Positions 43,699 through 55,810 of a stretch of 64,000 nucleotides of DNA are shown here, one piece after another. The notes beneath the pieces were generated by a model, which was given only the letters and a program-made list of their open reading frames with translations, made no database searches and was not told where the DNA came from. How positions within the stretch are numbered: the first letter of the stretch is position 1; every line of letters begins with the position of its first letter. Made by a program: the position numbers and the translations under genes. Source of the DNA: Octopus vulgaris (lineage: Eukaryota); NCBI GenBank assembly GCA_951406725.2, contig OX597814.1, positions 221,340,001 through 221,404,000 on the forward strand, read 5' to 3'.

Positions 43699-44753
43699 CA
43701 AAGCATTCAAATAGACGATACAAAAACGGACTGGTCATTCGAAGCCTCTAATCTTCAGTCAAGAACCGGATCATCCTCGCAATTTCGGCTGATTAATCTT
43801 GAGATTGCTCCGATCTGACCAGCCCCAAGGAAAAACTAAGCTACGAGCATTAGATTTCTTGGGAAAAGGATCGAATGTATACGAAACAAGGACAGAAAAA
43901 CGGACGATGATACACGTAAATAAATACAAAAAACAAAAAGTAATACGAATATAAATACAAAAAACAATAATAATAATAATAATAACAGGACAAAAACAAC
44001 AGGCGTCTTTCGACTTTAGACAATTCAACTTAGCTGGCGTGTTTGAAAAATAATGCTTTACTGCAGACAAAGAGATCGATGTTGTTCTGGCGCTGGTCAG
44101 AAACCGAAAGGCTATAGTTGACCGGCGGTCACGTGAGAAGAGAAGTGAGAGAAAAAAGGGGCAAAGGAATTAAAGAGAGGGAGAATAGAGAGAAAAAAAG
44201 GGGCAAAGGAATTAAAGAGAGGGAGAAGAGGGAGAAAAAGAAAGAAAGAAGGAATTAAGGAGAGGGAGAAGAAAAAGAGCGTGCGAAGAATTGGCGGGAC
44301 AAAAGAAAGGCAGGGTCAGTGAGGTGCAAAGTAAGAGTAGAGAAATGTGAGAGGGTGGGGAAAGAGGAGACCAAAGAATCAAAGAGGCGAGAAAAGAGCA
44401 AGACAGAGAAACAGTGTGTAGTAGTCGTACAAAGTTTAGTGGAATGCTTACATACATATAAGAGGAAGGTATACGTACGCCGCAAAAATATATGTATAAA
44501 AAATATATATAAAAATACAAAATAGTACAAGAATGCAAAACATTCAAATAGATGATACAAAAACGGACTGGTCATTCGAAGCCTCTAATCTTCAGTCAAG
44601 AACCGGATCATCCTCGAAATTTCGGCTGATTAATCTTGAGATCGCTCTGATCCGGCCAGCCCCAAGGAAAAACTAAGCTACGAGCATTAGATTTCTTGGG
44701 AAAGGGATCGAATGTATACGAAACAAGGACAGAAAAACGGACGATGTTACACG
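43699..44753. mobile_element. Non-coding element with 218-bp direct terminal repeats (43699-43916, 44536-44753)
   Basis: The two copies align with few substitutions; about 620-bp purine-rich interior; microsatellite flanks; no TG..CA ends. Confidence 0.8.
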
Positions 44754-44777
44754 GAAATATTTATATATGTATATATC

Positions 44778-44902
<125 letters not shown>

Positions 44903-44993
44903 GTGTATGTGAAAAGGTTAAATTATATTCCATTCTTTACTTTTGGTTCCAAAGGGTAATTTCTAACAAAGATTCTTCATATTTTGTTGGTAG

Positions 44994-45054
<61 letters not shown>

Positions 45055-47420
45055 CCTTTCTTTAGTATATTAGAGGTAACCTAATATACATACATGGGTA
45101 ATTTACACACACACACACGTGAGTGTGTGTGAATGTATGTATATGTATATATTGATGTATATGTATATATTTATGTGTATATACACACATGCACATATAT
45201 GTAACAATGTTTTTATAAATATTGGTTATAAATCAGAAATACCATTAGGATTTAGGACTTAAAGGTAAAACTATTTTGTGGGTGGTGGTAAATTTTATTC
45301 TATACAAGTCGAAAATCAAGCATCAAAGCGTTTATATATTACTTTGTTTTACTGCGTTCAATGTAATCGACTTATCCACTCCCGTAAATTTGCTGGCCTT
45401 GTGCCAACATTTGAAATTATTATTATTGTTTATTTTGTGCATCATCTACAAGTACGTGTGTATTCATCATTATTATATTTATTTTATCAAATTTTAGAAA
45501 AGCTGATGCATGTCTACCCTGACAATTCTGGAGCATAATCACCTTATCGGTGCCTGGGACTTGGCCCGCCCTATATTTGTAAAACTAAAACGTTTTAATA
45601 AATCCCTTTGAATAAACAGTCTCTTTTGAACCACGTTATTCCTTTGTGAAATACAAGTACACCTTTATCATTGATAAATGCTAAAATTGTTCTCATATAC
45701 TATGAATATGTATGTGAAAATAGCGAACTGTATTAGAAGCATGACGGCTGCAATGCTTCTAGTATGGCAATATTCAGTTATGGCAATATTTTTCAAGCAA
45801 AGCAGAAGGAGGCTGTATGCGGCGGTTCATTTGTTAGAAATAGGTGATTACACACTATAATGTTAAGATTACAGACTATAAATTACACACTGTAATATTT
45901 AAAGAACAAAAGAAAACATCATGTTTCTGAATGCGCTTTCCCTGCTTTGTCGCAGAAGTTTTGAGTACGCAGAGAAAATGTTAGATGTCTTTTGAATAGT
46001 TTGGACAAGGAGCAACATTTGCAGAGGAGAAATTAGTTTGTTTTGACGTTGACAACTTAATGAGTCTATAGAAGTGTATTGTTATCAAACGGCAGAATAA
46101 TTAGGTTGGCGGTTTACCTCTGAAATGCGCATTTTGAATTATATATTTTTTCAACAACACCTGTGTACACGTCTTGGGTAAATGACATAGCTGATTAAAT
46201 CAAGCTGCTTGTAATACTTCGCAGGCCGAATCTGGAAGATAATGTGAAGTCTGTCAGAATTTGAACTGGAATTGTAAGAGAGTATTTCTATATACTGTAG
46301 CACATTTAGTCTGACTCTTTACCGTTTTAGTGACTTATTGCCATTGAATTCTGTCTGTTATTGAAACGCATTTTGAAAGGAACGCGAAGGACAGAAGATA
46401 AGTCAGTCAGAATAGCGTCAGTCAGAATTGAACTCAGGATCACGAGGCGAAGAAATTAGCACTATATATCACATAATCCGTTTTGAAACAAACTTCAGCA
46501 TCTCCATTGAATCACAATAAAATCATAAAACGAATTTAGGTAGTGGCCTTCGGCTCACACTTGCGAAATGCATAACCAGAATGTTAATTTATTTTTGTAT
46601 TCACTCAATGTATATGAAAACAGCAGCCTGTCACCCTGTATAGAAAAATATAACACAGCACCTGCTCATTGTAATACAGAAAAACTGAAAATTATTTCCA
46701 AAATTCCATTGCAGATATCTTATTCATTTCATCAAAAGAATTTCTGTGAAAAGAAAGAATTCAATTGAATCACGTCAGTAAATAAAGGTCCTTGCTTATC
46801 TATTTCCTAAAACGTATTTTCTTTCGTTCTGATTAACTCAATATAAACTTTTTGTAAACCAAATTTCAGTGGAAACATACAAAGAATTTCATTTGTATTT
46901 TCAGCTCCGAACCAAATCTGATTCATAACTTTGCTGATTTGATTCACAACCTTTGATAATCATCCGCTGCACATACTGCTGCCACTACTGTGCTACTGCT
47001 TATGCCAAGATTTGTGTTAAAAAATATTGTGCTTTGTTTTTGTATATGATTCTGATTACCATTTGCCTGATTTCAAACGTTCATTCAACTCTAAAATATG
47101 CACTCAAACACACATCCACCTTCCCATAATTTTATATAACAAGACAATATGTTTTGCTTTGTTGCCTTCTGTGTGATAACCGGCATTAAAAATTAAGTAA
47201 TGCATGTTATTTTGTTTGATGAACTGCAATGTCTTCAACACTCGTTACTGAAATAGTAGTGTAAATATATCGACTTCAGTACATATTTGTTACTTGCTTT
47301 ATTGATTTGTTGATTATTTAAGTTGAACACGTAAACAAGCAGGACTTCATACAAAGACGCACATAAAAATACAGAAGCAAACACACACATTTATGTGCAT
47401 GTATACTTATATACATATAT

Positions 47421-47452
<32 letters not shown>

Positions 47453-48360
47453 CTATGTGTGTGTGTGTGTAATCATAATGATATCCGCGGGACAGCTGAT
47501 GATGGAGGTATGTTGGATTGGTGATATGGCTGTTGATGTTTATGTGGATTAGAAGTATTGAAATGTTGGTATGGCTGTGAAATAGTATTATAACAGATCC
47601 CTCATACACACTCATACAAACACACACACATCTTTTTATTGAACATAGAGCTGGGAGTTTCTCTCTCGGCTTCGGTTTTCACGTCACTTCGATCTTCAGT
47701 CAAGAACTATCAAATATACAAACTAACAAAATTTATAAAAAAGAAAATAATTGAAATACATGGTATCATGCACAGATATTTTTCAATCAATAAAAACATA
47801 ATTCCATAAAGGAAGAGATGCTTTAATCACAAATTAGTTCACACAAATACCTCAAGCGTTAAAGGTGCTATGCTTACAATAGATATCACCCTAATTTCCT
47901 TTTCGAGTAGTCCATTCATTAAAAAAAAAACCTTCTCAGAAAGAAGCATATACCACGTTATATACACGTGAATATCCACATTGAAACAAGCCCTTCACTA
48001 ATAAGCCCCCCCAATAAATCCCTAAACAAATTTATAACACGTCCTTATACACGATTGCAAGAATTACGGCTTCAAAAAGTAGCATGGCTAATCAATGACG
48101 AGGTCAGTGAAACACCTCTCAATCAATTTGCTCTCGTAGAGCAAAGCTGTTAAAAAATCCAAGCATTGGATCACACATATAACAAGGGATATAAATACAT
48201 CACCAAACCGAGTCCTAATCGTTCACGCTTCAAGATCGCAACGGTGTGAAGCTCCATTCGCAAAACAATCTCTCGGTTAAAGTTTCAAAACAAAAGAAAG
48301 AAAATTATATCCACTGCCACATGTACTGACTACTTCTGCTCATTCGTTAGTTATAGAGCA

Positions 48361-48416
<56 letters not shown>

Positions 48417-48566
48417 TTAAGTAGGTGAATGAATTATCCTAGTTTGGATAATTCGGTTATTCGATACCTGGGTAGCAAATTCACGTCAGAAAACACGGTT
48501 GAAGCTACATGCCAAAGGCAGAAACCCCATGTTCTTCTGTGGAAATTTGTGTGTTTTTTTATATGA

Positions 48567-48873
48567 ATAAATGAAAGAATGGAGTCGAACGAGGATTTTA
48601 ACAACATTCCTTTACTCTCAAAACGTTTCGAAGACTGCATACACTTAAATCCGAAAGAATAAAGGGTGCATTATGCCATCTTCTCATCAGGAAAGACAAG
48701 GAACCTATATCAGCCTCAAGACGAACAAAAACTTTTCCTTGTCTTTCCTAATGAGAAGACGGCATAATGCACCCTTTATTCCTTCGGAATTAAGAGTATG
48801 CAGTCTTCGAAACATGTGTTGAGAGTAAAGGAATTTTGTTAAAATTTTCGTTCGACTCCATTCTTTCATTTAT
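48567..48873. repeat. Long inverted repeat A (arms 48567-48703, 48735-48873) with hammerhead motifs
   Basis: Arms are reverse complements with scattered mismatches and a 31-nt spacer. Confidence 0.9.
48615..48695 (-). ncRNA. Minimal type I hammerhead ribozyme (intact core)
   Basis: CUUUC-CUGAUGA-GAAGA...UCUUC-GAAA-CGUU-UU-GAGAG; the plus-strand copy at 48743-48825 has CUAAUGA (G5A). Confidence 0.65.
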
Positions 48874-48886
48874 ATATATATATATA

Positions 48887-50192
48887 CGAGGGACGTTCAA
48901 TAAGTAATGCCTCTGACCCACTTGCAATTGTTTGATCTAGCTGAAATTTTGCATGTGCAATCATTTATATCTCTATAGAGTAAGTGGCAAATTACAGCTC
49001 TGAATTAATTGTGGTTTAATTGTGTGAATTAATTCTGATTTACAGGTGTTTGAACCGAGTCAAGTGTGAAATGGAGCCTGTTGAGTGTCGAGCAGTGATC
49101 CGGTTTTTGTATTTGAAAGGACGCACACCACGGGAGACTTTTGATGAAATGAAAGTAACTTATGGTGATGATGCCCCATCATATGACCTTGTAAAACGCT
49201 GGCATCGTGAATTCAAACATGGTCGGAACTCTGTGGAAACAGCTCCCAGATCTGGTCGCCCCCTTCTGCCATTGATGAGGCATCTGTCCGTCAAGTTGAG
49301 GCTGCCATTTTGGAAGATCGACGCATAATTATTCGCCAAATAGCCCATGAGGTCAAGATTAGTACCGGGTCTGTGGAAACTATCATTCATGACCATTTGC
49401 ATATGCAAAAGGTGTCTGCCAGATGGATTCCCAGGTTGCTCACGCCTTTCCAGAAGCAAGAACGCGTCGAGTGCTCGAGAGTGAATTTGGAGATGTGCCA
49501 AGAAGATGAGTCAAAATTTTTCAAAAGACTGATTACACAGGATGAAACCTGGGTCCATCACGATGATTCAGAGACCAAAGCCCAGTCAATGCAGTGGAAG
49601 CACCGTGACTCACCCCCTCCAAAGAAGGCAAGGGTGCAGCCCTCCGCTGGCAACGTCATGCTCACAGTCTTCTGGCACTAGGACGGAGTAGTGATGACAG
49701 ATTTCCTGGCAAAGGGTACCACAATTGCAGGAGCCTATTATGCTTCACTTTTGAGGAAATTAAGAGAAGTTATCAAAATCAAGAGGCGGGGCAAGATCAG
49801 CAAAGGCATCCTCCTCCTGCAGGACAACGCTCCGGTCCACAACTCGCTTGTCGCCAGATCAGAAGTCAGGCGTATGGCTATGAACTCCTCCCCATCCCCC
49901 CTACTTTCCTGACCTTGCACCCTCTGATTTTCACCTCTTCTCAATCATGAAGTTGTTTTTGAAAGGAAAGCGTTTCCCAGATGATGCAGCCTTGATTTCT
50001 GAAGTCACGTTGAGGTTGGAGGACCAAGCTGGGTTCTTCTACAAAAACGGTCTCCAGAGCCGCATCAAACGATGGGAGAAATGCGTAACTCTGGGTTGTT
50101 CCTATGTAGAAAAAGACTAATAACTGTGCCAAGTTTCGTTGCTCTACTGCTATGGGAAGTGGGTCAGGGGCATTACTTATTGAACGCCCCTC

Positions 50193-50193
<1 letters not shown>
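48887..50193 (+). mobile_element. Full-length mariner (Tc1/mariner, DD34D-type) with disrupted transposase
   Basis: About 37-bp TIRs (48887-48923, 50157-50193) flanked by TA; ATG at 49071; HTH, WIPR, TQDETW, QDNAP and PDLAPSDFHLF motifs; frameshifts and a stop at 49679. Confidence 0.95.
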
Positions 50194-50226
<33 letters not shown>

Positions 50227-50259
50227 CCAAGAAAAAAGCAACAAGAATGGATCGGTATA

Positions 50260-50344
50260 TTAGTACAATTGTTTCATACTAAAAACATTTAATTTCAAGC
50301 TGCAAATATTACAGCAAATATAATGTCAAGTATTCATCAGCTAA
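50260..50344 (-). ncRNA. Minimal type I hammerhead ribozyme (mirror copy)
   Basis: Reverse complement of 50768-50852 with an intact core. Confidence 0.8.
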
Positions 50345-50767
50345 ATCACATATAGGTTTTCCATATATTCTTTGAGAGTGTAAATATCCTTATGAAGTGA
50401 CCTTTGTCGTTGGTATCTTTATTCCTTCTTACACCCCCATTTCTTTTCTCCTGATGTCCTTTGCTTTAGCCAAACCTACCCCGCTGTCTTTCTTGCTACT
50501 ACTATAGAATTTTGTCTGCAACAGTTAGATGCGAACTTAACCGTGGTATGACCAGCATCTTTCCTCATGCCTCTTGGAACTTATACCCACATTTTTATAA
50601 GTAGGTCTATCTTCTCTGAGATGTTAATAACCATTTCAAAAACTTTATATTGTTGGAAAACATATATAGTCTGCTTGGAATCTTACTTCAGATTCATGGA
50701 ACTCACTCCTATAACTTCATAAGGATATTTACACTCTCAAAGAATATATGGAAAACCTATATGTGAT

Positions 50768-50852
50768 TTAGCTGATGAATACTTGACATTATATTTGCTG
50801 TAATATTTGCGGCTTGAAATTAAATGTTTTTAGTATGAAACAATTGTACTAA
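50768..50852 (+). ncRNA. Minimal type I hammerhead ribozyme
   Basis: UUAG-CUGAUGA(50772-50778)-AUACU...AGUAU-GAAA(50837-50840)-CAAUUG-UA-CUAA; predicted cleavage after 50848. Confidence 0.8.
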
Positions 50853-50995
50853 TCTACCGATCCATTCTTGTTGCTTTTTTCTTGGTTATAATCACCCCAC
50901 ATAATTTTATGGTTAATACCATAAAGAATTTTGGTGCATCTAAGTTAAGTACCATATTCATTTGAATTCTTTTGAATCTTAATTGTTTTTGCTGA

Positions 50996-51026
<31 letters not shown>

Positions 51027-51097
51027 TAGAGAAAACACCACTATTATGTAATTCAAACGATGATAGACATAAAACATATCATACAGAAAAAAGAAAA

Positions 51098-51491
51098 TCT
51101 CTATACATATAAAGCTGAAGTTGTCTGTGTATGGCAGGTTTCGTAGCCTTGAACTAACACTATCTCCTCCGAAACCCTGCGGCACAAGTTGACCAAAATT
51201 GAGAGTATGATAGAAGAAGCCTTGCTCTTCCTTCCATAGAAGAAGAATTCAAATCGGACCATGTTAACATCAAAAATTATTTACATCAAAAAGTTGCTTT
51301 TTTTTTCTATGAAAATCCCTATTTTTTTACGGTTTTTTTACTGTTGTGTCGTCATTTTTCATTGTATTTCAACCAGAAAAATGTTCACTTAAAGAGAATA
51401 ACAAGCTACATAATGCAAAGGTTTTACTTTTCAAAAATTCCAATTCTAAAGAGTCGAAACAAACCCGAGCAACGCCGGGCGATACTGCTAG
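51098..51491 (+). mobile_element. Complete non-autonomous Helitron (394 bp)
   Basis: 5' A|TC, subterminal GC hairpin cccgagcaacgccggg (51464-51479), 3' CTAG|T; no target-site duplication. Confidence 0.85.
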
Positions 51492-51645
51492 TATATGATA
51501 AATCATTTATCTAGATCACAAAAAGTACATAATAATAAATAAATAGTATATAACAAGTAAAAAGCCTACGCACGTTTCGTGGCTATAACTTCAATTCGAC
51601 TTACAGTTAAATTTTAATTTAATCGATGTAAATAATTCTCCCTAA

Positions 51646-51662
51646 TGTTGTTGTTGTTGTTG

Positions 51663-51733
<71 letters not shown>

Positions 51734-51735
51734 TT
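51646..51735. repeat. (TTG)n(TTA)n microsatellite
   Basis: Directly visible. Confidence 0.95.
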
Positions 51736-53574
51736 ATATATATATAGGATATAGGTATGTATGTGCGAGCGTGTGGGTATGTATACAGTAGTGAGAAAGA
51801 AATTGGCGAAGGCAGCTGTGCCGATGCTTCGAAGTCATATTCAACCTTTCCTTTGTTAAAATCTAAATTTGTAATTTCCTGTGTTGTGAGTGATCATTCA
51901 ATTAGTATTTGACAGATTTTGCATATAATTTACAAAAACCATTGAAGTATACATATTTATAGACTTATATGTGTGTATATAAATGTATATATATAGAAAA
52001 GAGTCACAGAGAAATGAAACTGGAATTGTGCTGCCCTGTAGAATTAACTAGAATGCATATATTTGCCTGTTGCAGTTCTATACTTGCGTTTAATTTAAAT
52101 TCGTTTTCTTATCTATGAATCGAATCTATGGAAATCTATAAATCTTTATACCCAACATAAAAATTGCAATTAAGCCAATGCTATAAACGCGCTGAATTTT
52201 CGTAGCGCAATGTTAGTTTATATTTATCTATTTAAACGATTCGATAATTATTACGCTATCGTGTTCCTTTTACGTCATCATTTAATATTATAGATATTCT
52301 CACACAATAGAAAATGTTTTACTGTCGTAAAAAGCAGATTTGGTCGTTCAGATCTGTTTACACGAGAAGTGGTGCGGCCCTGCTTTCTAACAACAACCGA
52401 TTATCATTCGAATTTGGGTTGTTATTGTCCACATTGGGAGCCGTCTAGTTAAGATTTGTAATTAGTCCACTGATCGATATTGTAGAAGCTAGGAAGCATT
52501 TGTAAATGTGAAGTAATTGATACAATGAATAGTATATCTACTCCGAGTTTGGTTTGAGTTTTGGTCCTTACATGGAACTACTGAAATCAATCCACTGTCC
52601 TTTGAGAAGATTCTACTTTCCCAATCGGGTGACTGTTTCATTACACGAAAGTTTTTCGAGGAATTACAAGTGACTCACTGCCAATATCTTCAACTTATGG
52701 TTTACTTAATGTACGAAATTCTTCAAGTTCGAGAACAACAAAAAATCCTCCATACTTTCTGGTTTTATCTATATGATCATGGATAAGGGAATTTTCTTCC
52801 CAATGGTAACTGAAACATTCTCAATAGAATGAACATCGTCTTAATCACCAGGAGAGTGTCACCACTTTCGTCACCTGTTTGAGAGACAATTGATATTGCA
52901 CCGATCTGCTATATACCTTAAAAACAAAATCAATTATCCGTTTCTTATTTCTGCCACTAATCGAACTCTCCGTTGGTTAATTTTAAAGCAATTTGTTAGT
53001 GTTTTTGATTTGTTTGTGCAAATCTCAGTAAAAGCAATTGTGACAACACTTTCTACATGACATTTCTCGAACAGCAGTTTCTTAGCCACGATAATACCCA
53101 GCTATTGTCACAGTATTGAAATTTACCATGTAATTTAAACTAGCCTCTGGGACCGCATCTCAGTCATCATCCACGGAAAAGGAACCATCCTGAGAATCCC
53201 TAGTCATATGAGTGTGCTCTGTTATCACGATCGAATGCTCAAGCATGACTTTTGTGTCTACGAAAGAACTAATACCGAACACTTCAAATCAGACAGTTAA
53301 TGCGAATACTTAATCTCCATAACAAGATTAAGAAGTGTCTGTAAAAAATTCATTTTACAAACTACAAGCATCAATCACGAATAAAGTGACGCCTTTCGTA
53401 CGTACAAGAAAATAAAGCTGTTATTTCTTTAGACACCTTATATACATACGTACATACATACATGCAAGCATATGTAAATACATACATATATGCAAAAATA
53501 CATTCATGTATGTATATACATTATCATATATATATATATATGTATGCATGTATTTATGTATGTATATTTATGTC

Positions 53575-54262
53575 ACTTGTCGCTTGAAGACCAATCTCGT
53601 TCAGAGCGACCGTCGACCTCCCGAACGAAAGAAAACATCACGAAAATTCATGAACTAATCTTAGAGGACCATCACCGAACAACTGACGAACTTGTTATGG
53701 CCGGTGATAGGACCAGTGTCTCCTGGAGCTCCTCCCAACGAATTTTGAGCTAAGAATTGCAAAGGAAAAGTGTTGCAACAAAATTTGTGCTTCACTTGCT
53801 CACGAAAGATCAAAAGCAGACACAACTGAATGCGTACCGTGAAGTGAAAGAAGAGTTGGAATTTGATCCGAACCTGTTTTCGAAGGTCATTTCTCATGAA
53901 GAAAGCTGGAGTTACGGCTACGCACCGGAAGGGAAGCAGCAATAAAGTCAATGGAAGCATTCAATGTCATCACGCCTCCAAAATTGTGTCATGTGAAGAC
54001 CAGTGTCAAGAAGATGCTGATCTGTTTCATCGATGCAATAGGAATTGTGGAAGAGGTTCAGAAAAAAAAAAAGACGACGGAAGCGTTAAAAGGCATCACT
54101 TCGTACAATTTCTAGGGCTGGTTCGAACAGAGGAAGATGCGTGTGGAGTGATGCATTGCTTCAAATTGAGAATATTTTGAAGGCGATAAAAGTGGAAACA
54201 TATAAAACTAAGTGAATAAAATAATATTGCAAAATTCCGGGCTTTTTGGGTACGCCTTTGTA
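53575..54262 (+). mobile_element. Mariner relic (same family as 7100-7625)
   Basis: LEDQSRSERPSTSRTKENITKIHELILEDHHRT, KVISHEESWSYGYAPE; TIR-like end aaaattccgggctttttgggtacgcctttgta. Confidence 0.8.
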
Positions 54263-54273
54263 TGCAGACAGAT

Positions 54274-54331
<58 letters not shown>

Positions 54332-54391
54332 GTTTACGGAGATGTACTTGCATAGCGAGTGACTTGATCTGAGATCATGTGCTGGAACGGA

Positions 54392-54677
54392 AACAATTAC
54401 AGCATGGAAGGTGTTCATAAGCCATTTAAGAAACACACAAAAACCGTTACATTCACTTCAGCATTTAAATTTAATTTGTCAAAATATTTTCTTCGCTATA
54501 AGACCTCGACCTGTTCACTGACAAAACTTCGTGCAGCAAGAAGTTTTGTCAGTGAACAGGTCGCAGTCTCAAAGCGACGAAAATATTTTGACAAATTAAA
54601 TTTAAATGCTGAAGTGAATCTAACGGTTTTGTGTGTTTCTTAAATGGCTTATGAACACCTTCCATGCTGCAATTGTT
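54392..54677. repeat. Near-perfect palindrome C (arms 54392-54530, 54540-54677) with variant hammerhead motifs
   Basis: About 138-bp arms with a 9-nt spacer; next to (TA)n. Confidence 0.95.
54545..54595 (+). ncRNA. Hammerhead-like ribozyme with variant core GUGAACA
   Basis: UUUGUCA-GUGAACA-G-GUCGC...GCGAC-GAAA-AUAU-UU-UGACAAA: 7-bp stem I, 5-bp stem II, palindromic stem III. Confidence 0.55.
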
Positions 54678-55609
54678 ATATATATAAATATATAGGAAAG
54701 TAGATAAATGGATGGCTAAATAGATGGATGGATAGATAGACAGGTGTAATATAATCATTGATACGTACATGGAAATACTTTGCGAAATGGTTGTAAGAAC
54801 TCTGAAACAGCTCTGTATTGCCAGAAGTTGAATGGCGATGTAAAATATAATATATTTCCTGCGCAAGTACTGCAGCCATAACCTTAAATCTATATCAACT
54901 TCATATGGCATCCGGATTGGAGACGTGAAGCGACATTTTTAGAAGAGAGAAATTATCGGTAAATCTCTCATTCAGGTTTGCGAGCACGAATTTACAATAT
55001 CAATGCCCAATGAACATCAAGAGGAATACAATCTGACTTACATTTCTCTTTAAAGAAAATTGGAAAATCACCCTTAAAGTGGCAAAAATAAAAAAAAATA
55101 AATGATTAGTTTCCTTGAAAATGTCGCTCATAGATACTAGACATAAAAACTGCACTGAGAACCTAGAGTGCAGTACAGGCAAATTTATGTTATCTCACCT
55201 CGAGAATTACCCCCGAACAACCGAGGAGCGAGAAATTCTCTGCAAATACCGTCTACATAAAAGACAATGTACATATGCTGAATTGGGAGTATTGGTACAT
55301 GTTAGATCTGGAGAGACTGGGTAAAACAGAATTGGTAAAAGGATTAGAAATGAGTAGAAATGGCACAAAACCAGTCTATTGCAAGAAACACAGGCCATTG
55401 AAGTAACTGTAGGAAAGACAGACATGAAATACAGTAAGCCAGTCAACTTGAGTAATGTTATGCCAGTCTGATAAGTAGAGTAAAAACGATAAAATAGCAA
55501 ACATGAACATATTCAAATTAATGGATCAAAAGAATATTGATGGAACTTGAGAATATCATAACCAAGTTAAAAAACAATCAACATGATATTATTATTTGGA
55601 GTTAAAATG

Positions 55610-55810
55610 ACGGCGAGTTGGCAGAATTGTTAAAGAGTCGGAAGAAATGATTTTCAGAATTTCTTCTGGCACACTGTACGTTCTGAATTCAAATTTCGAC
55701 GGAGTCAACTTCTCCAATCTTTCCCAAGTCGGTAAATTAAAGTATCTGTTATATACTGGGTGCGATGGTATTGCCTTAGGTCTCCCTTCAAAATTTCTGG
55801 CTTAAGTCTC
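55610..55810 (+). mobile_element. Degenerate SINE family C copy
   Basis: cggcgagttggcagaattgtta...gttctgaattcaaatttc...gtcggtaaattaaagta. Confidence 0.6.

Larger units (their letters stand above)
50222..50890. repeat. Long inverted repeat B (177-bp arms 50222-50398, 50714-50890) with a hammerhead in each arm
   Basis: Near-perfect reverse complement (2 mismatches noticed); 315-bp spacer. Confidence 0.95.

Noticed and set aside
51560-51595. Minus-strand GAAACGUGCGUAGGC, resembling the 3' half of a PLE hammerhead
   Set aside because: No CUGANGA core found upstream before the microsatellite; at most a truncated remnant
52390-53330. Non-repetitive stretch that looks like a decayed transposase on the minus strand
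   Set aside because: No diagnostic motif could be identified by eye
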